Assembly (NCBI GenBank): GCA_038124025.1
Contig: JAYPBC010000006.1
Location: 22,516 to 86,515 of the forward strand
Length of the DNA: 64,000 bases
Reading direction: 5' to 3'
DNA from: Balneola sp.
GTDB lineage: Bacteria > Bacteroidota > Rhodothermia > Balneolales > Balneolaceae
In this document: positions 19,623 through 29,277 of the stretch, in pieces
How the letters are laid out: every line of letters starts with the position of its first letter
How positions within the stretch are numbered: position 1 is the stretch's first letter
The notes under the pieces: generated by a model
What the model saw: the letters and a program-made list of their open reading frames with translations, nothing else
Databases searched by the model: none
Told to the model about the DNA's origin: nothing
Made by a program: the position numbers and the translations under genes

Positions 19623-20805
19623 AAAACAAGGGTCTCCTATCTTTTTTATGCTTGGAAATATTGAGCAGTATGCCAACTATGGCGCCAGCAAATAATAAAT
19701 TTGTGCCTCCATAGCTCACAAAAGGCATCGGTAAACCAGTAACTGGAAACAAACCGCTAGCAACTGCTGCGTTGACAAAACCATAAAGACAGAGGTATAG
19801 GGTGCAACCTAAAGCCAATAGAGAACCCAAATAATCCTCTGCATTCCTGGCTATAAAGGCCACTCCTCGAATCAATAAAAACACAAAAATTGCGATGAGG
19901 GTAGTAGCTCCCAAAAGTCCATATTCCTCCGCAATTATGGCAAATATGAAATCATTATAGGGAGTTGGTAAAAAATCGCGCTGCGTACTTTTGCCAATTC
20001 CCACCCCTGTAATCTCACCCTGAGCAATCGCAATATGAGCCTGTTGTGCTTGCCGCCTGCTGCCATCGAGTAAACGCTCGGTTTCAATTTGTTTAATTTG
20101 TCCTACATACTGCTCGATTCGATCCTGGCGAGTAGCTGACTGGTTAATCAGTAAAAAGCCACCAAAAATAGCCAGTAGAATCATGGTGCCTAATTGCACA
20201 ATACTGATTCGTCCAACAAACATGAGAATGAGACAAATTCCCATAAGCAAGCCTGCCGTTGAAAAGTCCTCTACTCCGATAAGAGCACAGGTGATGAACA
20301 CCCAAATCATAATAGGCATGAATGCTCGTTGAAAGTCTTTGATGTATTCTTGTTTTTCATTCAAGAGCACACTTACATGTATGATCAGTGATACCGCGGC
20401 TACGGTGGAAGGCTGAAATCCAAATCCACCAATAGAAAGCCATCGTTTAGCCCCAAACTGTTCCTCGCCAAACACCAATACCATGACCAATAATAACAAA
20501 CTAACTACCATGAAAGGCCTAGAAAACTTCGCAACTGTATGATAATTAATCTTCGATCCCAGCAGAATAACCACCACGGCAATACCGATTTTCACCAAAT
20601 GACGAGTAATCATCTCAAAGGCCGAGGTGTCGTTATTTTGCGCAAAAAAAGCGATCGATGAATATACCGCCAACAAACCAAAACTAAGTAGCATGATAAC
20701 CGCCATGAGAATGTAGCGGTCACTGCCTTGACTACGCGTATCCAATTCTTCAGGGGTAGTACCAAGAATTTGATGAATGTTTCTATTTGGACTGGTATGA
20801 ATCAA
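19615..20805 (-). CDS. ftsW: SEDS family peptidoglycan glycosyltransferase FtsW
   Basis: Polytopic FtsW/RodA/SpoVE family protein (LPTPYNDFIFA, GLPMPFVSYGGT). Located between murD and murG. Confidence 0.92.
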   Translation of the reverse strand: MIHTSPNRNIHQILGTTPEELDTRSQGSDRYILMAVIMLLSFGLLAVYSSIAFFAQNNDTSAFEMITRHLVKIGIAVVVILLGSKINYHTVAKFSRPFMVVSLLLLVMVLVFGEEQFGAKRWLSIGGFGFQPSTVAAVSLIIHVSVLLNEKQEYIKDFQRAFMPIMIWVFITCALIGVEDFSTAGLLMGICLILMFVGRISIVQLGTMILLAIFGGFLLINQSATRQDRIEQYVGQIKQIETERLLDGSRRQAQQAHIAIAQGEITGVGIGKSTQRDFLPTPYNDFIFAIIAEEYGLLGATTLIAIFVFLLIRGVAFIARNAEDYLGSLLALGCTLYLCLYGFVNAAVASGLFPVTGLPMPFVSYGGTNLLFAGAIVGILLNISKHKKDRRPLFYA

Positions 20806-20848
20806 TGAGTTTTGCTTGGTGTTATTTGGGTTGTTTTGTTGGATTCAT

Positions 20849-22342
20849 CTAGCTCAGGTGTTGAACGCACTCCTTAAATTTCCGACCTCGATGCTCATAA
20901 TTATCGAACATGTCAAAAGAAGAACATGCAGGGCTTAGTAGCACTGTTTCTCCTCTTTTAGCTTGTTTTTGAGCCATTCGGACGGCCGCGCGCATGTCAT
21001 CTGCTTTCATAAAATGTGGAACCATATCACCAATTTGTTCTTCAATGCGTTCTCGAGATTCTCCAATGGCAATAACGGTGTGCACCTTATCGATGAGTTG
21101 ATCGCGCAGCTCAGTATAATCGTTGCCTTTATCGCGTCCACCTAAAATGAGCGTCAATGGAGTTTTAATGCTGTCCAATGCAAACCATACGGCATTTACA
21201 TTGGTAGCTTTGCTGTCGTTTATATATTTCACTCCATCCAATTCGCGTACTAGCTCCAAGCGATGTTCTACGCCCAAAAAGTGAGAAAGACTCTCGCGAA
21301 TAATCTCATTTTTTATTTCACAGGCTCGAGCGGCAAGAGCCGTAGCAAGCCCATTCTGTAGATTATGATGTCCTTGTAATGATAATTCAAAGGGTGACAT
21401 GAGTATTTCCTCGTGGTTATTAAATCGGAAGATGATATGATTATTGTGCAGGTAAGCGCCCTGTTCCACTGTTTGTTGGGTAGAAAAAGCCCAAAGTTTA
21501 GGGGCATTAGGTTCCTCTAAAAGCTGCTGGGCATGTACACGCACCCGCAGATCGTCATAATTATAGATATAGGTCTGTTTGGCAGTTTGCTGCTGAGTAA
21601 TTCGAAATTTCGAAGCGGCATAATTATCCATAGAATAGTTATACCGGTCTAGATGATCCGGGGTAATATTCAACAGTACACTTACATTGGGACTAAAGGT
21701 GTGAATATGATCCAATTGGAAACTACTCACTTCTAAAATCCAGTAAAATTCCCCTCGGGTCGATTGATGCCCAGTTAGGTCTAGCGAGTTCGTGTTCACA
21801 GTGAGTATGCTGGCTGTATCATCTATATGGTCATCGGCTGAATGTACTAGCCCAAGCTTCGTACACTGCTCACTAAAGGCCATACCGATGTTGCCCGCGA
21901 GTTGATGAGGGCGTTCTGCGCGGGCAAAACAATCCTCTAACCATGAGCTCACGGTAGTTTTACCATTACTGCCGGTCACTGCAATAATAGGAGATGGGGA
22001 ATACCAACTAGCCAGTTCAATTTCAGAGACCACGGCTTTTTGGGCGTGGAGGTATTCTTGCACTAAAGCGGTCTGTGTGGGTACTCCTGGGCTGAGCACA
22101 GCAAAGGCTCCGTCAAAGGCGGCCGCGGAATGCCCGCCTTCCTCGAAGGCGATTCCGCGTGTTTGTAAGCGTTCTTTCATCGGTTTGGCAATAGTGCCAT
22201 GATCGCTTACAAACACGGCTGCTCCAGCTGTGTGGAGCAGTTCGGCCGCCCCCACACCACTCCGGGCAGCGCCAATAACAACCACCTTGGTACCGGGTAG
22301 TTGTTGCTTTAGCTGGGTTATATGTGTTGTATCCAAGATCAT
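20849..22342 (-). CDS. murD: UDP-N-acetylmuramoylalanine--D-glutamate ligase
   Basis: Motifs VTGSNGKTT, EVSSFQL and NDSKATN. At 497 aa it is longer than E. coli MurD (438 aa). Confidence 0.93.
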   Translation of the reverse strand: MILDTTHITQLKQQLPGTKVVVIGAARSGVGAAELLHTAGAAVFVSDHGTIAKPMKERLQTRGIAFEEGGHSAAAFDGAFAVLSPGVPTQTALVQEYLHAQKAVVSEIELASWYSPSPIIAVTGSNGKTTVSSWLEDCFARAERPHQLAGNIGMAFSEQCTKLGLVHSADDHIDDTASILTVNTNSLDLTGHQSTRGEFYWILEVSSFQLDHIHTFSPNVSVLLNITPDHLDRYNYSMDNYAASKFRITQQQTAKQTYIYNYDDLRVRVHAQQLLEEPNAPKLWAFSTQQTVEQGAYLHNNHIIFRFNNHEEILMSPFELSLQGHHNLQNGLATALAARACEIKNEIIRESLSHFLGVEHRLELVRELDGVKYINDSKATNVNAVWFALDSIKTPLTLILGGRDKGNDYTELRDQLIDKVHTVIAIGESRERIEEQIGDMVPHFMKADDMRAAVRMAQKQAKRGETVLLSPACSSFDMFDNYEHRGRKFKECVQHLS

Positions 22343-22343
22343 A

Positions 22344-23477
22344 TTAGCGAATCTTCAGAGTTAGTAAGCTAATTAGGGCCATCAGGATAGCTACAATCCA
22401 AAAACGGACCACAATTTTACTCTCGCTCCAGCCTTTTTTCTCGAAATGATGATGGATGGGTGCCATTAAGAAAAATCGTTGGCCTTCTCCCGTTGTCCAT
22501 TTGGTATACTTGAAATAAGTGGTTTGGATTATGACCGAAACAGTCTCAAAGAAAAACACACCGCAAATAAAAGGTAGTAATAGCTCTTTGTGCAGCATTA
22601 AAGCTAAAGCACCGAAGGCACCGCCAAGGGCAAGTGAGCCGGTATCACCCATGAAAACGCTGGCAGGATGAGTGTTATACCATAAAAAGCCCATACAGGC
22701 TCCAATTAAGGCCGCTGCGAATACGGTAAGTTCGCCTGCACCGGGTAAATACATGATATCTAAGAAACCAGAAAAATCGATTCGTCCAGAAACATAGGCA
22801 AAAATCGCAAATACAATACCGCAAATAGCTGATATCCCAGTAGCTAATCCATCTAATCCGTCTGTTAAGTTGGTGGCATTACTAACGGCGGTAATAATAA
22901 AGATGGAAACCCCTAGGTAAATAAACCATCCCAGAGTTTCCCCGAAATAGGCATAATCGATGGTTAAATTTTTTGCAAAAGGTACCGTGCTTAAGGTATT
23001 CACGGTTTCAAAGTTTGGATGAGAATACAGCACCAATCCCAATACCAAGCCAACGCTTACCTGTCCAGCAATTTTAAACCTTCCTGCAAGGCCACTTTTA
23101 TTCTTCTTAACCACTTTTATATAGTCATCTATAAAGCCAACCAAACCAAGCGTTAGCATGACAAAGAATATGAGCCAGCCATAGATGCTGTCCATTCTCA
23201 CAAACAACAGGGAGGGAATTAGGGTTGACAATAAAATAATTACGCCGCCCATTGTGGGTGTACCCTGCTTGCTTTGATGATCTAATCCAATGTCATCCCG
23301 TACCACCTCACCCAGTTGCATTCTACGTAACCACGCAATGATACGCTTACCAATAAATAAACTAATGAGTAAGGAAGTCACTGCCGCCAAACCGGTCCTA
23401 GTCGATATAAAAGCCATGGCTGTGGCACCTGGAAGTGCAAAAGTCTGTTCTAACCAATTGAATAATTCGTAAAGCAT
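22344..23477 (-). CDS. mraY: phospho-N-acetylmuramoyl-pentapeptide transferase
   Basis: Motifs KQGTPTMGG, DDYIKV, NLTDGLDGLA and HHHFE. The ATG at 23477 (MLYELFNW) overlaps the murE stop by 1 nt (TAATG); the track start at 23495 lies inside murE. Confidence 0.95.
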   Translation of the reverse strand: MLYELFNWLEQTFALPGATAMAFISTRTGLAAVTSLLISLFIGKRIIAWLRRMQLGEVVRDDIGLDHQSKQGTPTMGGVIILLSTLIPSLLFVRMDSIYGWLIFFVMLTLGLVGFIDDYIKVVKKNKSGLAGRFKIAGQVSVGLVLGLVLYSHPNFETVNTLSTVPFAKNLTIDYAYFGETLGWFIYLGVSIFIITAVSNATNLTDGLDGLATGISAICGIVFAIFAYVSGRIDFSGFLDIMYLPGAGELTVFAAALIGACMGFLWYNTHPASVFMGDTGSLALGGAFGALALMLHKELLLPFICGVFFFETVSVIIQTTYFKYTKWTTGEGQRFFLMAPIHHHFEKKGWSESKIVVRFWIVAILMALISLLTLKIR

Positions 23478-25186
23478 TAGGCCGCCTCCTTCCATCTTTT
23501 TAGAAGTTCTAAGGCTATCTCACGATCATCAAAGGGATGCTTAACCCCCTTGATTTCTTGGTAATTCTCATGCCCTTTGCCTGCAATTACGATAATATCA
23601 TCGGCCGTAGCTAAATCTAAAGCTATACCAATGGCTTTTGCACGCTCGACCTCTACATGAACTTGCTCAGCACTAAAATGCTCACTAAATCCAGAACAAA
23701 TCTCCTCGATAATAGACTCAGGTGATTCAGACCGAGGATTATCGGTAGTTACGATAGCTAGGTCACCCCATTTTTCGCAAGCTTGAGCCATAATGGGCCG
23801 TTTAGTTGCATCCCGGTCACCACCCGCCCCAAAAACAACAAGTAGCTTTTGGTGAGGTTTTTTTAATTCAGCCAAGGTGGAACATATATTTTCAAGGGCA
23901 TCGGGAGTATGTGCATAGTCGATAAATACCGATGGATAGTTCTTCTCAATTGACTCCATATCTGCTGATGAAGCGACTTCGGTTCCTTGCCGTTGAGTTA
24001 ATGTAGGCCCGTCTGATGGGGCTTTTAATACCTTATCCTGAGCTTTAGCTTCGATGTGGACTCGTTCTAAACGTCCAGGAGCACCACCCAAAACCTGAGT
24101 TTGCTTTTCTAATTCATTGGAATTAATGCCTAATAACTGCGCGGCAGTGATTGCTTGTAACGCGTTATACGCATTAAATAAACCCACCAGTGGTAGTTCA
24201 AATCGTAGGTTGGCTGTTTTGTCCAGTAATGTAGTTCCAGCTAATCCCAATGATTCTATGGTGTAGCTGCGCCCTTGAGCCCATGCAGGTAGGGGGGGAT
24301 AAGGCGAATTTGCCGGTTTCACCGAAGGGCTATGTTGTCTTAATTGATCGCCTTGGGCATCGATTAACCCGATGGAGAAAATTTGGGCATCGGTATCTTG
24401 TATCATGTAGCCGCTATGGGGATCATCAGTGTTAATAATAGCCCAAGATCCTGGCTTTAAGCCATCGAATAATTTCTTTTTTGCCCTCATGTAGGATTCA
24501 AAATCATCATGATAATCCAAATGATCGTGGGAAATATTGGTGAATATGGCGATGGTAAAAGGAATTCCTTCCACACGGTACTGATCCAAAGCGTGGGAAG
24601 ACACTTCCATGACCAAATGGGTACTGCCTGCATTTACCATGGCTTGCATATCATTAGCTAGCTCAATTGGATCCGAGGTCGTGAGTGAAGATGGGATTTC
24701 ACGGTCTAAAATACGCTTGGACACCGTACCCAACAAGCTCGCAGCCTTACCTGAGCGCGTCAATAATTCATATAATAAGGTCGCCGTTGTTGTTTTTCCA
24801 TTGGTGCCTGTTATGCCAATGACTTGCAAGCGTTGCCATGGATCCCCAGCAAAAGCTTGGGCTAGCGGTCCAATAACTTCTCTAGTATTTGCCACCTGCA
24901 TGTAGTTTTCCACATCGGGATACTTTTCAGGAGCTTCCTCGCCTATTATAAGTAGCTTGGGCGAGTTCGATAGCTCATTGATAAAATCATGTCCATCTAC
25001 TTTTGTGCCTCGGACAGCTACAAAAGCAGTGTTGGGCACTATTTTTCTTGAATCCTGGCTAAGCTGAGTGTAGACCGTATCTGGCTGTTTAATGCGTTTG
25101 GCATGAGGTTGACATATAACTTGAATGTCCTGGATACTCATCTGGCGTGACACTAAAGGAGATATGTTAGAGGTGGATTGGCTCAT
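23477..25186 (-). CDS. murE: UDP-N-acetylmuramoyl-L-alanyl-D-glutamate--2,6-diaminopimelate ligase (the DNPR motif suggests mDAP-type)
   Basis: Motifs ITGTNGKTT, DYAHTPDAL and TTDNPRSE. At 569 aa it carries two hydrophilic insertions relative to the roughly 495-aa enzymes. Confidence 0.93.
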   Translation of the reverse strand: MSQSTSNISPLVSRQMSIQDIQVICQPHAKRIKQPDTVYTQLSQDSRKIVPNTAFVAVRGTKVDGHDFINELSNSPKLLIIGEEAPEKYPDVENYMQVANTREVIGPLAQAFAGDPWQRLQVIGITGTNGKTTTATLLYELLTRSGKAASLLGTVSKRILDREIPSSLTTSDPIELANDMQAMVNAGSTHLVMEVSSHALDQYRVEGIPFTIAIFTNISHDHLDYHDDFESYMRAKKKLFDGLKPGSWAIINTDDPHSGYMIQDTDAQIFSIGLIDAQGDQLRQHSPSVKPANSPYPPLPAWAQGRSYTIESLGLAGTTLLDKTANLRFELPLVGLFNAYNALQAITAAQLLGINSNELEKQTQVLGGAPGRLERVHIEAKAQDKVLKAPSDGPTLTQRQGTEVASSADMESIEKNYPSVFIDYAHTPDALENICSTLAELKKPHQKLLVVFGAGGDRDATKRPIMAQACEKWGDLAIVTTDNPRSESPESIIEEICSGFSEHFSAEQVHVEVERAKAIGIALDLATADDIIVIAGKGHENYQEIKGVKHPFDDREIALELLKRWKEAA

Positions 25187-27381
25187 TGCAGCCCCTTTGT
25201 TTGTCCGCTAATTTGTTCGAAGGAACGTGCTTTACCTCTCAGGGTAACCGTTCGCCCTGGGCGTGTAAATTCACCGGCTAGTGGAAACTGTGCATATATG
25301 GTACCTGAGCCTATTCGTTGTGTCTTTAGACCTAGTTCAGCTAACATGCTATGCGCTGTTCGCATACTCATCCCCCGCAGATCGGGTAGTTCTATACGTT
25401 CAATCTCATTAGTTTCAGCAACTTTTAACGCTGTTTGTGAATCCTTGTGTGGATTTATAAGACCTGATTTGGGGTGAATTTGAAGTTGTAGTCGCTTTTT
25501 TGTGAAAAGAGTATCCCCGGGGGCTGGATGCTGTTTCACCACCCATTCTCCCTCACCTTCAATATCATAAGGGATGTATAATGATTCCAATAGGTCTCCG
25601 GCTTGTTCAGGTGATAGGCCTAAAAGGGAGGGAGCGATAGCAAAGGTGTTATTATTATTATCGCGTTGCACCAGTTGCTGCTGTAAATCTTGATCCAAAC
25701 CGGCAATACGTAGGGCTACTTGCTTGAAAATAGGACCTGCAGTATAGCCACCATAACCAACCGGTTTTGGTTCGTCTAACATAATGTATAGTACATATTG
25801 GGGTGCGTCAACTGGGAAAAATCCGACAAAAGATCCTCGGTAACGATTGGAGTACATCCCATTTACTACTTTCTTGGCGGTACCAGTTTTACCCGCAATT
25901 CGAAGCCCGGGTATTTGAGCCAAATCCCCGGTACCGGAATCGCTAACAACACTCTCAAAAACAGGATAAAGTTTATCTAAGGTTGTAGCTTTGGCTACCC
26001 TACGGATACGAGTTGGTTGGAATTGTTCAACGACCTGACCATTTGAATTGGTGATTTCTTTTACTAAGTAAGGACGCATCAAATCACCCCGATTGGCAAA
26101 GGCAGCATAGGCTTGAGTAGTTTGAAGTGGGGTTGAAAGAAGCTCATAGCCATGAGACATCCAAGGCAGACTTACCAAACTCCATTCGAAAGGCTTAGCC
26201 ATACGTCCACTTTCTTCCCCAGCAATATCTACATGGGTAGGAGTTCCAAAACCTAGATTACGGGCATATTGGTAGAAGGTATCATTATCCAATCGCATCG
26301 CAATTTCAGCAGTAGCCACATTGGAGGACTGTTGAATGACCTCCTCAAAGTTCATGGTTCCTAGCGGGTCATGATCACGTAAAGTAAGTCCATGAATATG
26401 AACAGCTCCGTCCTCAGGCGTTTCGAAAAGCTCACCATCTTCAATCACACCTTGCTCAACGGCGGCAATGGCGGTAACTAATTTAAAGGTAGATCCAGGT
26501 TCTACCATGTCTGCAATGGCAAAATTTCGTCGGTTTTCTTCGTTGATATCGCCAGGGACATTCGGATCATAGCTTGGATAGTTGGCCATAGCTAAGATTT
26601 CACCGGTCGTGGGGTTCATGATAATTCCAGTGCCATAGTTAGCCTGATACCGTTGCACACCTACTTGTAATTCATCTTCTAATATGGCCTGGATCGAGGC
26701 GTCGATGGTCGTGTGTAGATCATAGCCTTCAATGGGGAGCTTTTTGGGTGCTCCTACATATTCAAATACTCTTTGAAAAGCATCCTTACGCACTTGCTGA
26801 ACTCCGTCAACCCCTTTGAGTTCTTTATCATAATGAGATTCCAGACCGATTCGTCCCTTCATTTCATGATTTACGAAGCCCATGGCATGGGCAGCAAGAG
26901 AGCCAAATGTATAGCTTCGCCGATAGTTTTCTTCCAATATTACCCCTCGGATTCCCAGATTAGCCAGTTCTTCCTTCTGCATGCTATTCATGGTTTTTTC
27001 TAACACTACATAGCGGGATCGGGTAGGGGCATCCTTTAGAATGCCTTGGTAATAGGCTTTTCCTTTTCCGGTGGTTCGGCCTAGGGTGGCTAAAACGCTG
27101 TCAATCTGAGCCTGTGTCATGCCCGGTACTTTTGGGTCAAGGGCCATTCTGTAATCTATGGTATTGGTGGCTAGCAAGGTGCCATTTCGGTCGTAAATAT
27201 TGCCACGTTCTGCAGGTATCGCTATTTCGGTGATGGCTTGTTTATTCCAAAGTTGGCGAAGCCCTTCGCCTTCAATGAAATTAATTCTTACTAGTTGGAC
27301 CAATAAAGCCGCAGGTAATAATAGCAGGATTCCTAACATCACAAACATTCGCCCCATTATTGCGCCTCTAAATTCCTGCAT
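25183..27381 (-). CDS. ftsI: class B penicillin-binding protein FtsI with C-terminal PASTA-like repeats
   Basis: N-terminal TM segment. Transpeptidase motifs STFK, SSN and KTGT. Two C-terminal PASTA-like modules of about 60 aa (e.g. LPDLRGMSMRTAHSMLAELGL...). Confidence 0.93.
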   Translation of the reverse strand: MQEFRGAIMGRMFVMLGILLLLPAALLVQLVRINFIEGEGLRQLWNKQAITEIAIPAERGNIYDRNGTLLATNTIDYRMALDPKVPGMTQAQIDSVLATLGRTTGKGKAYYQGILKDAPTRSRYVVLEKTMNSMQKEELANLGIRGVILEENYRRSYTFGSLAAHAMGFVNHEMKGRIGLESHYDKELKGVDGVQQVRKDAFQRVFEYVGAPKKLPIEGYDLHTTIDASIQAILEDELQVGVQRYQANYGTGIIMNPTTGEILAMANYPSYDPNVPGDINEENRRNFAIADMVEPGSTFKLVTAIAAVEQGVIEDGELFETPEDGAVHIHGLTLRDHDPLGTMNFEEVIQQSSNVATAEIAMRLDNDTFYQYARNLGFGTPTHVDIAGEESGRMAKPFEWSLVSLPWMSHGYELLSTPLQTTQAYAAFANRGDLMRPYLVKEITNSNGQVVEQFQPTRIRRVAKATTLDKLYPVFESVVSDSGTGDLAQIPGLRIAGKTGTAKKVVNGMYSNRYRGSFVGFFPVDAPQYVLYIMLDEPKPVGYGGYTAGPIFKQVALRIAGLDQDLQQQLVQRDNNNNTFAIAPSLLGLSPEQAGDLLESLYIPYDIEGEGEWVVKQHPAPGDTLFTKKRLQLQIHPKSGLINPHKDSQTALKVAETNEIERIELPDLRGMSMRTAHSMLAELGLKTQRIGSGTIYAQFPLAGEFTRPGRTVTLRGKARSFEQISGQTKGLQ

Positions 27382-27780
27382 TTAACGGCCCTCCAATATC
27401 TGGTCAGCAGGGCCTGCATTAATAAAGCCCAATTCTCTCGCTTTACGATACATATTTGCAGGGCCTGTCATCCGGTCGTAACGAAGTTTTAACTCATCAT
27501 GCATTTGTTGGGTTTGTTCGAATTCTCTTTGGAGCTGCTGAACTTGTCCAAGGAGCTCTTGTGTGGCAAAAACATGCGTTAGATAGATGAAACCAATACA
27601 TGCTCCCAGCAAGGTGTAGGCAATAATTTTGGTAGGTTTGAAAGCCGATAATTTGATCCCAGTTATTGCGCCAGTTTTTTTACTGAATTTATGAGACGGA
27701 GGGGGTATGGAATCAGTGGAATTGACTTTTCGGAGGTTTGGCTTCACGTTCTGCCTATGCAGTGGAGACGATACCATCAT
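27382..27780 (-). CDS. ftsL: cell division protein FtsL-like (bitopic, coiled coil)
   Basis: 132 aa with one TM segment followed by a heptad-like helix. Located between rsmH and ftsI. The sequence itself is poorly conserved. Confidence 0.7.
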   Translation of the reverse strand: MMVSSPLHRQNVKPNLRKVNSTDSIPPPSHKFSKKTGAITGIKLSAFKPTKIIAYTLLGACIGFIYLTHVFATQELLGQVQQLQREFEQTQQMHDELKLRYDRMTGPANMYRKARELGFINAGPADQILEGR

Positions 27781-28715
27781 GAGCCAGGGTCTCCTACTTT
27801 TTCAGCCACTCTTAGTTTTGCACTTCGGGAGGCTGGATTTCGATCAATTTCTTGATCATTCGGGGTAATTACCTGCCGGTTGATAGGCGTAAGGGGACAG
27901 ACAGGGTTACCGTAAAAATCTTTTTCGATGATACCTTCAAAATTCCCACTTTTTATGAAGTTTTTTACCAGTCGATCCTCGAGCGAGTGGTAGCTCATGA
28001 CCACCATTCGTCCGCCTGGGGCTAAGAGCTCAAGGCCTTGCTGTAAGACTTTTTTTAGTACCTCTAATTCTTGGTTCACCTCAATTCGAATGGCCTGAAA
28101 GACTCTAGCTAAGCTTTTAATTCTAAATTTAGGGGGTACCTGCTCACTAATTATGGCGGAGAGCTCCTGTGTGCTTTCAATCGGTCTAGCATCGATTATA
28201 CTTTGAGCAATTTTGCGACTTCCTCGCTCTTCACCAAAATGAAATATTATATCTCTGAGTCGCTCATAATCGTAGGTGTTTATAACATCATATGCCGTTA
28301 ATCCCGTATAGGATCCCATTCGCATATCAAGAGGCCCTTCTTGCTGAAAGCTAAATCCTCTGTCAGCCTCTTTAAGTTGATGAGTGGAAACTCCCAAGTC
28401 CAAAAGGATTCCGGCTACCTGTCCTTTATAGGGGGGAGGTAAAAGAGTAGACAGGTAGCCAAAGTTTCCTTTTAAAATCGTACACCTCGGATCTTCTCCA
28501 ATTCGCTCGCTGGCAGCCTCAATGGCTTGCTGGTCTTGGTCCACTCCAAAAACTCTGGCATCAGAGCCTAGGTTCTTGAGTATGGCCAGCGTGTGACCAC
28601 CACCGCCCAAAGTCGCGTCAACGTAGATGCCGTTCGAGTCGGTGATTAAATGCTCAATACACTCTTGAAGCATTACCGGAGTGTGTTCGTAATATGCAAC
28701 CATATTATTCACCAT
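27777..28715 (-). CDS. rsmH: 16S rRNA (cytosine1402-N4)-methyltransferase
   Basis: Motifs HTPVML, DATLGGGGH, DLGVSTHQL and SYHSLEDR. An alternative ATG at 28703 lies 2 nt past the mraZ stop. Confidence 0.95.
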   Translation of the reverse strand: MVNNMVAYYEHTPVMLQECIEHLITDSNGIYVDATLGGGGHTLAILKNLGSDARVFGVDQDQQAIEAASERIGEDPRCTILKGNFGYLSTLLPPPYKGQVAGILLDLGVSTHQLKEADRGFSFQQEGPLDMRMGSYTGLTAYDVINTYDYERLRDIIFHFGEERGSRKIAQSIIDARPIESTQELSAIISEQVPPKFRIKSLARVFQAIRIEVNQELEVLKKVLQQGLELLAPGGRMVVMSYHSLEDRLVKNFIKSGNFEGIIEKDFYGNPVCPLTPINRQVITPNDQEIDRNPASRSAKLRVAEKVGDPGS

Positions 28716-29172
28716 CGGATTCAGATCCGCCTCCCATTACTTGTTCAAAAATAGCTTCAAAAGTATCGGAATCTAAATCGGCATCCACTTTTGCGAGGAT
28801 GTCGGGGGACCAAATCTCGATGTATTGCCCCATACCAATGAATATAGCTTTCCCATTGATTTGAGCATAGTTGGCATGCTCAGTGGGGAGAGCAATGCGA
28901 TGTTGTTTGTCCAAGGCGGCGTCTTCAGCATAGCGTAAGAAATTCCGCTTGGCAATTCGGCTAGCTCGGGTAAAATTATTAGCCTTAGAGAGGGCGTTTT
29001 CCACGTCACGCCACTCATTTTCGGGGTATAGATAAAGACAGGTTTCTAATCCACGTACCACCACAAAGCGTTCCTGAGCGTCTGGGCTTAACACTTTTCG
29101 CATTTTAGCCGGAAAGGCTATGCGGCCTTTTGCATCTATACTATGCTCGTATTGACCTTTGAAGCTATGCAA
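28705..29172 (-). CDS. mraZ: transcriptional regulator MraZ
   Basis: Two SpoVT/AbrB-like repeats with DxKGR (IDAKGRIAFP) and DKQHRIALP. First gene of the dcw cluster. Apparent TTG start. Confidence 0.92.
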   Translation of the reverse strand: MHSFKGQYEHSIDAKGRIAFPAKMRKVLSPDAQERFVVVRGLETCLYLYPENEWRDVENALSKANNFTRASRIAKRNFLRYAEDAALDKQHRIALPTEHANYAQINGKAIFIGMGQYIEIWSPDILAKVDADLDSDTFEAIFEQVMGGGSESDGE

Positions 29173-29222
29173 GGTGACTAAACGTGGAATTATGATTGCT
29201 ATATATTCGCTGAGAGAAAGTC

Positions 29223-29247
29223 CCCACTATCTCCCACTTTACCCCAC
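29223..29247 (-). promoter_or_regulatory. putative MraZ operator: three direct GTGGG repeats with 10-bp phasing
   Basis: The minus strand reads GTGGGGTAAAGTGGGAGATAGTGGGG. On the plus strand, CCCAC occurs at 29223-27, 29233-37 and 29243-47. The array starts immediately after the -10-like hexamer. Confidence 0.7.
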
Positions 29248-29277
29248 AATGTACTCTAAAATTCTCTAATCTGTCAA
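29248..29277 (-). promoter_or_regulatory. putative dcw (Pmra-like) promoter, TTGACA-N18-TACATT
   Basis: The minus strand reads cTTGACAgattagagaattttagagTACATT, about 75 nt upstream of the mraZ start. Confidence 0.5.

Noticed and set aside
28773-29018. An 81-aa ORF on the minus strand inside mraZ
   Set aside because: It is an alternative frame of the well-supported mraZ CDS, has no recognisable motifs, and is most likely an overlapping-frame artefact.
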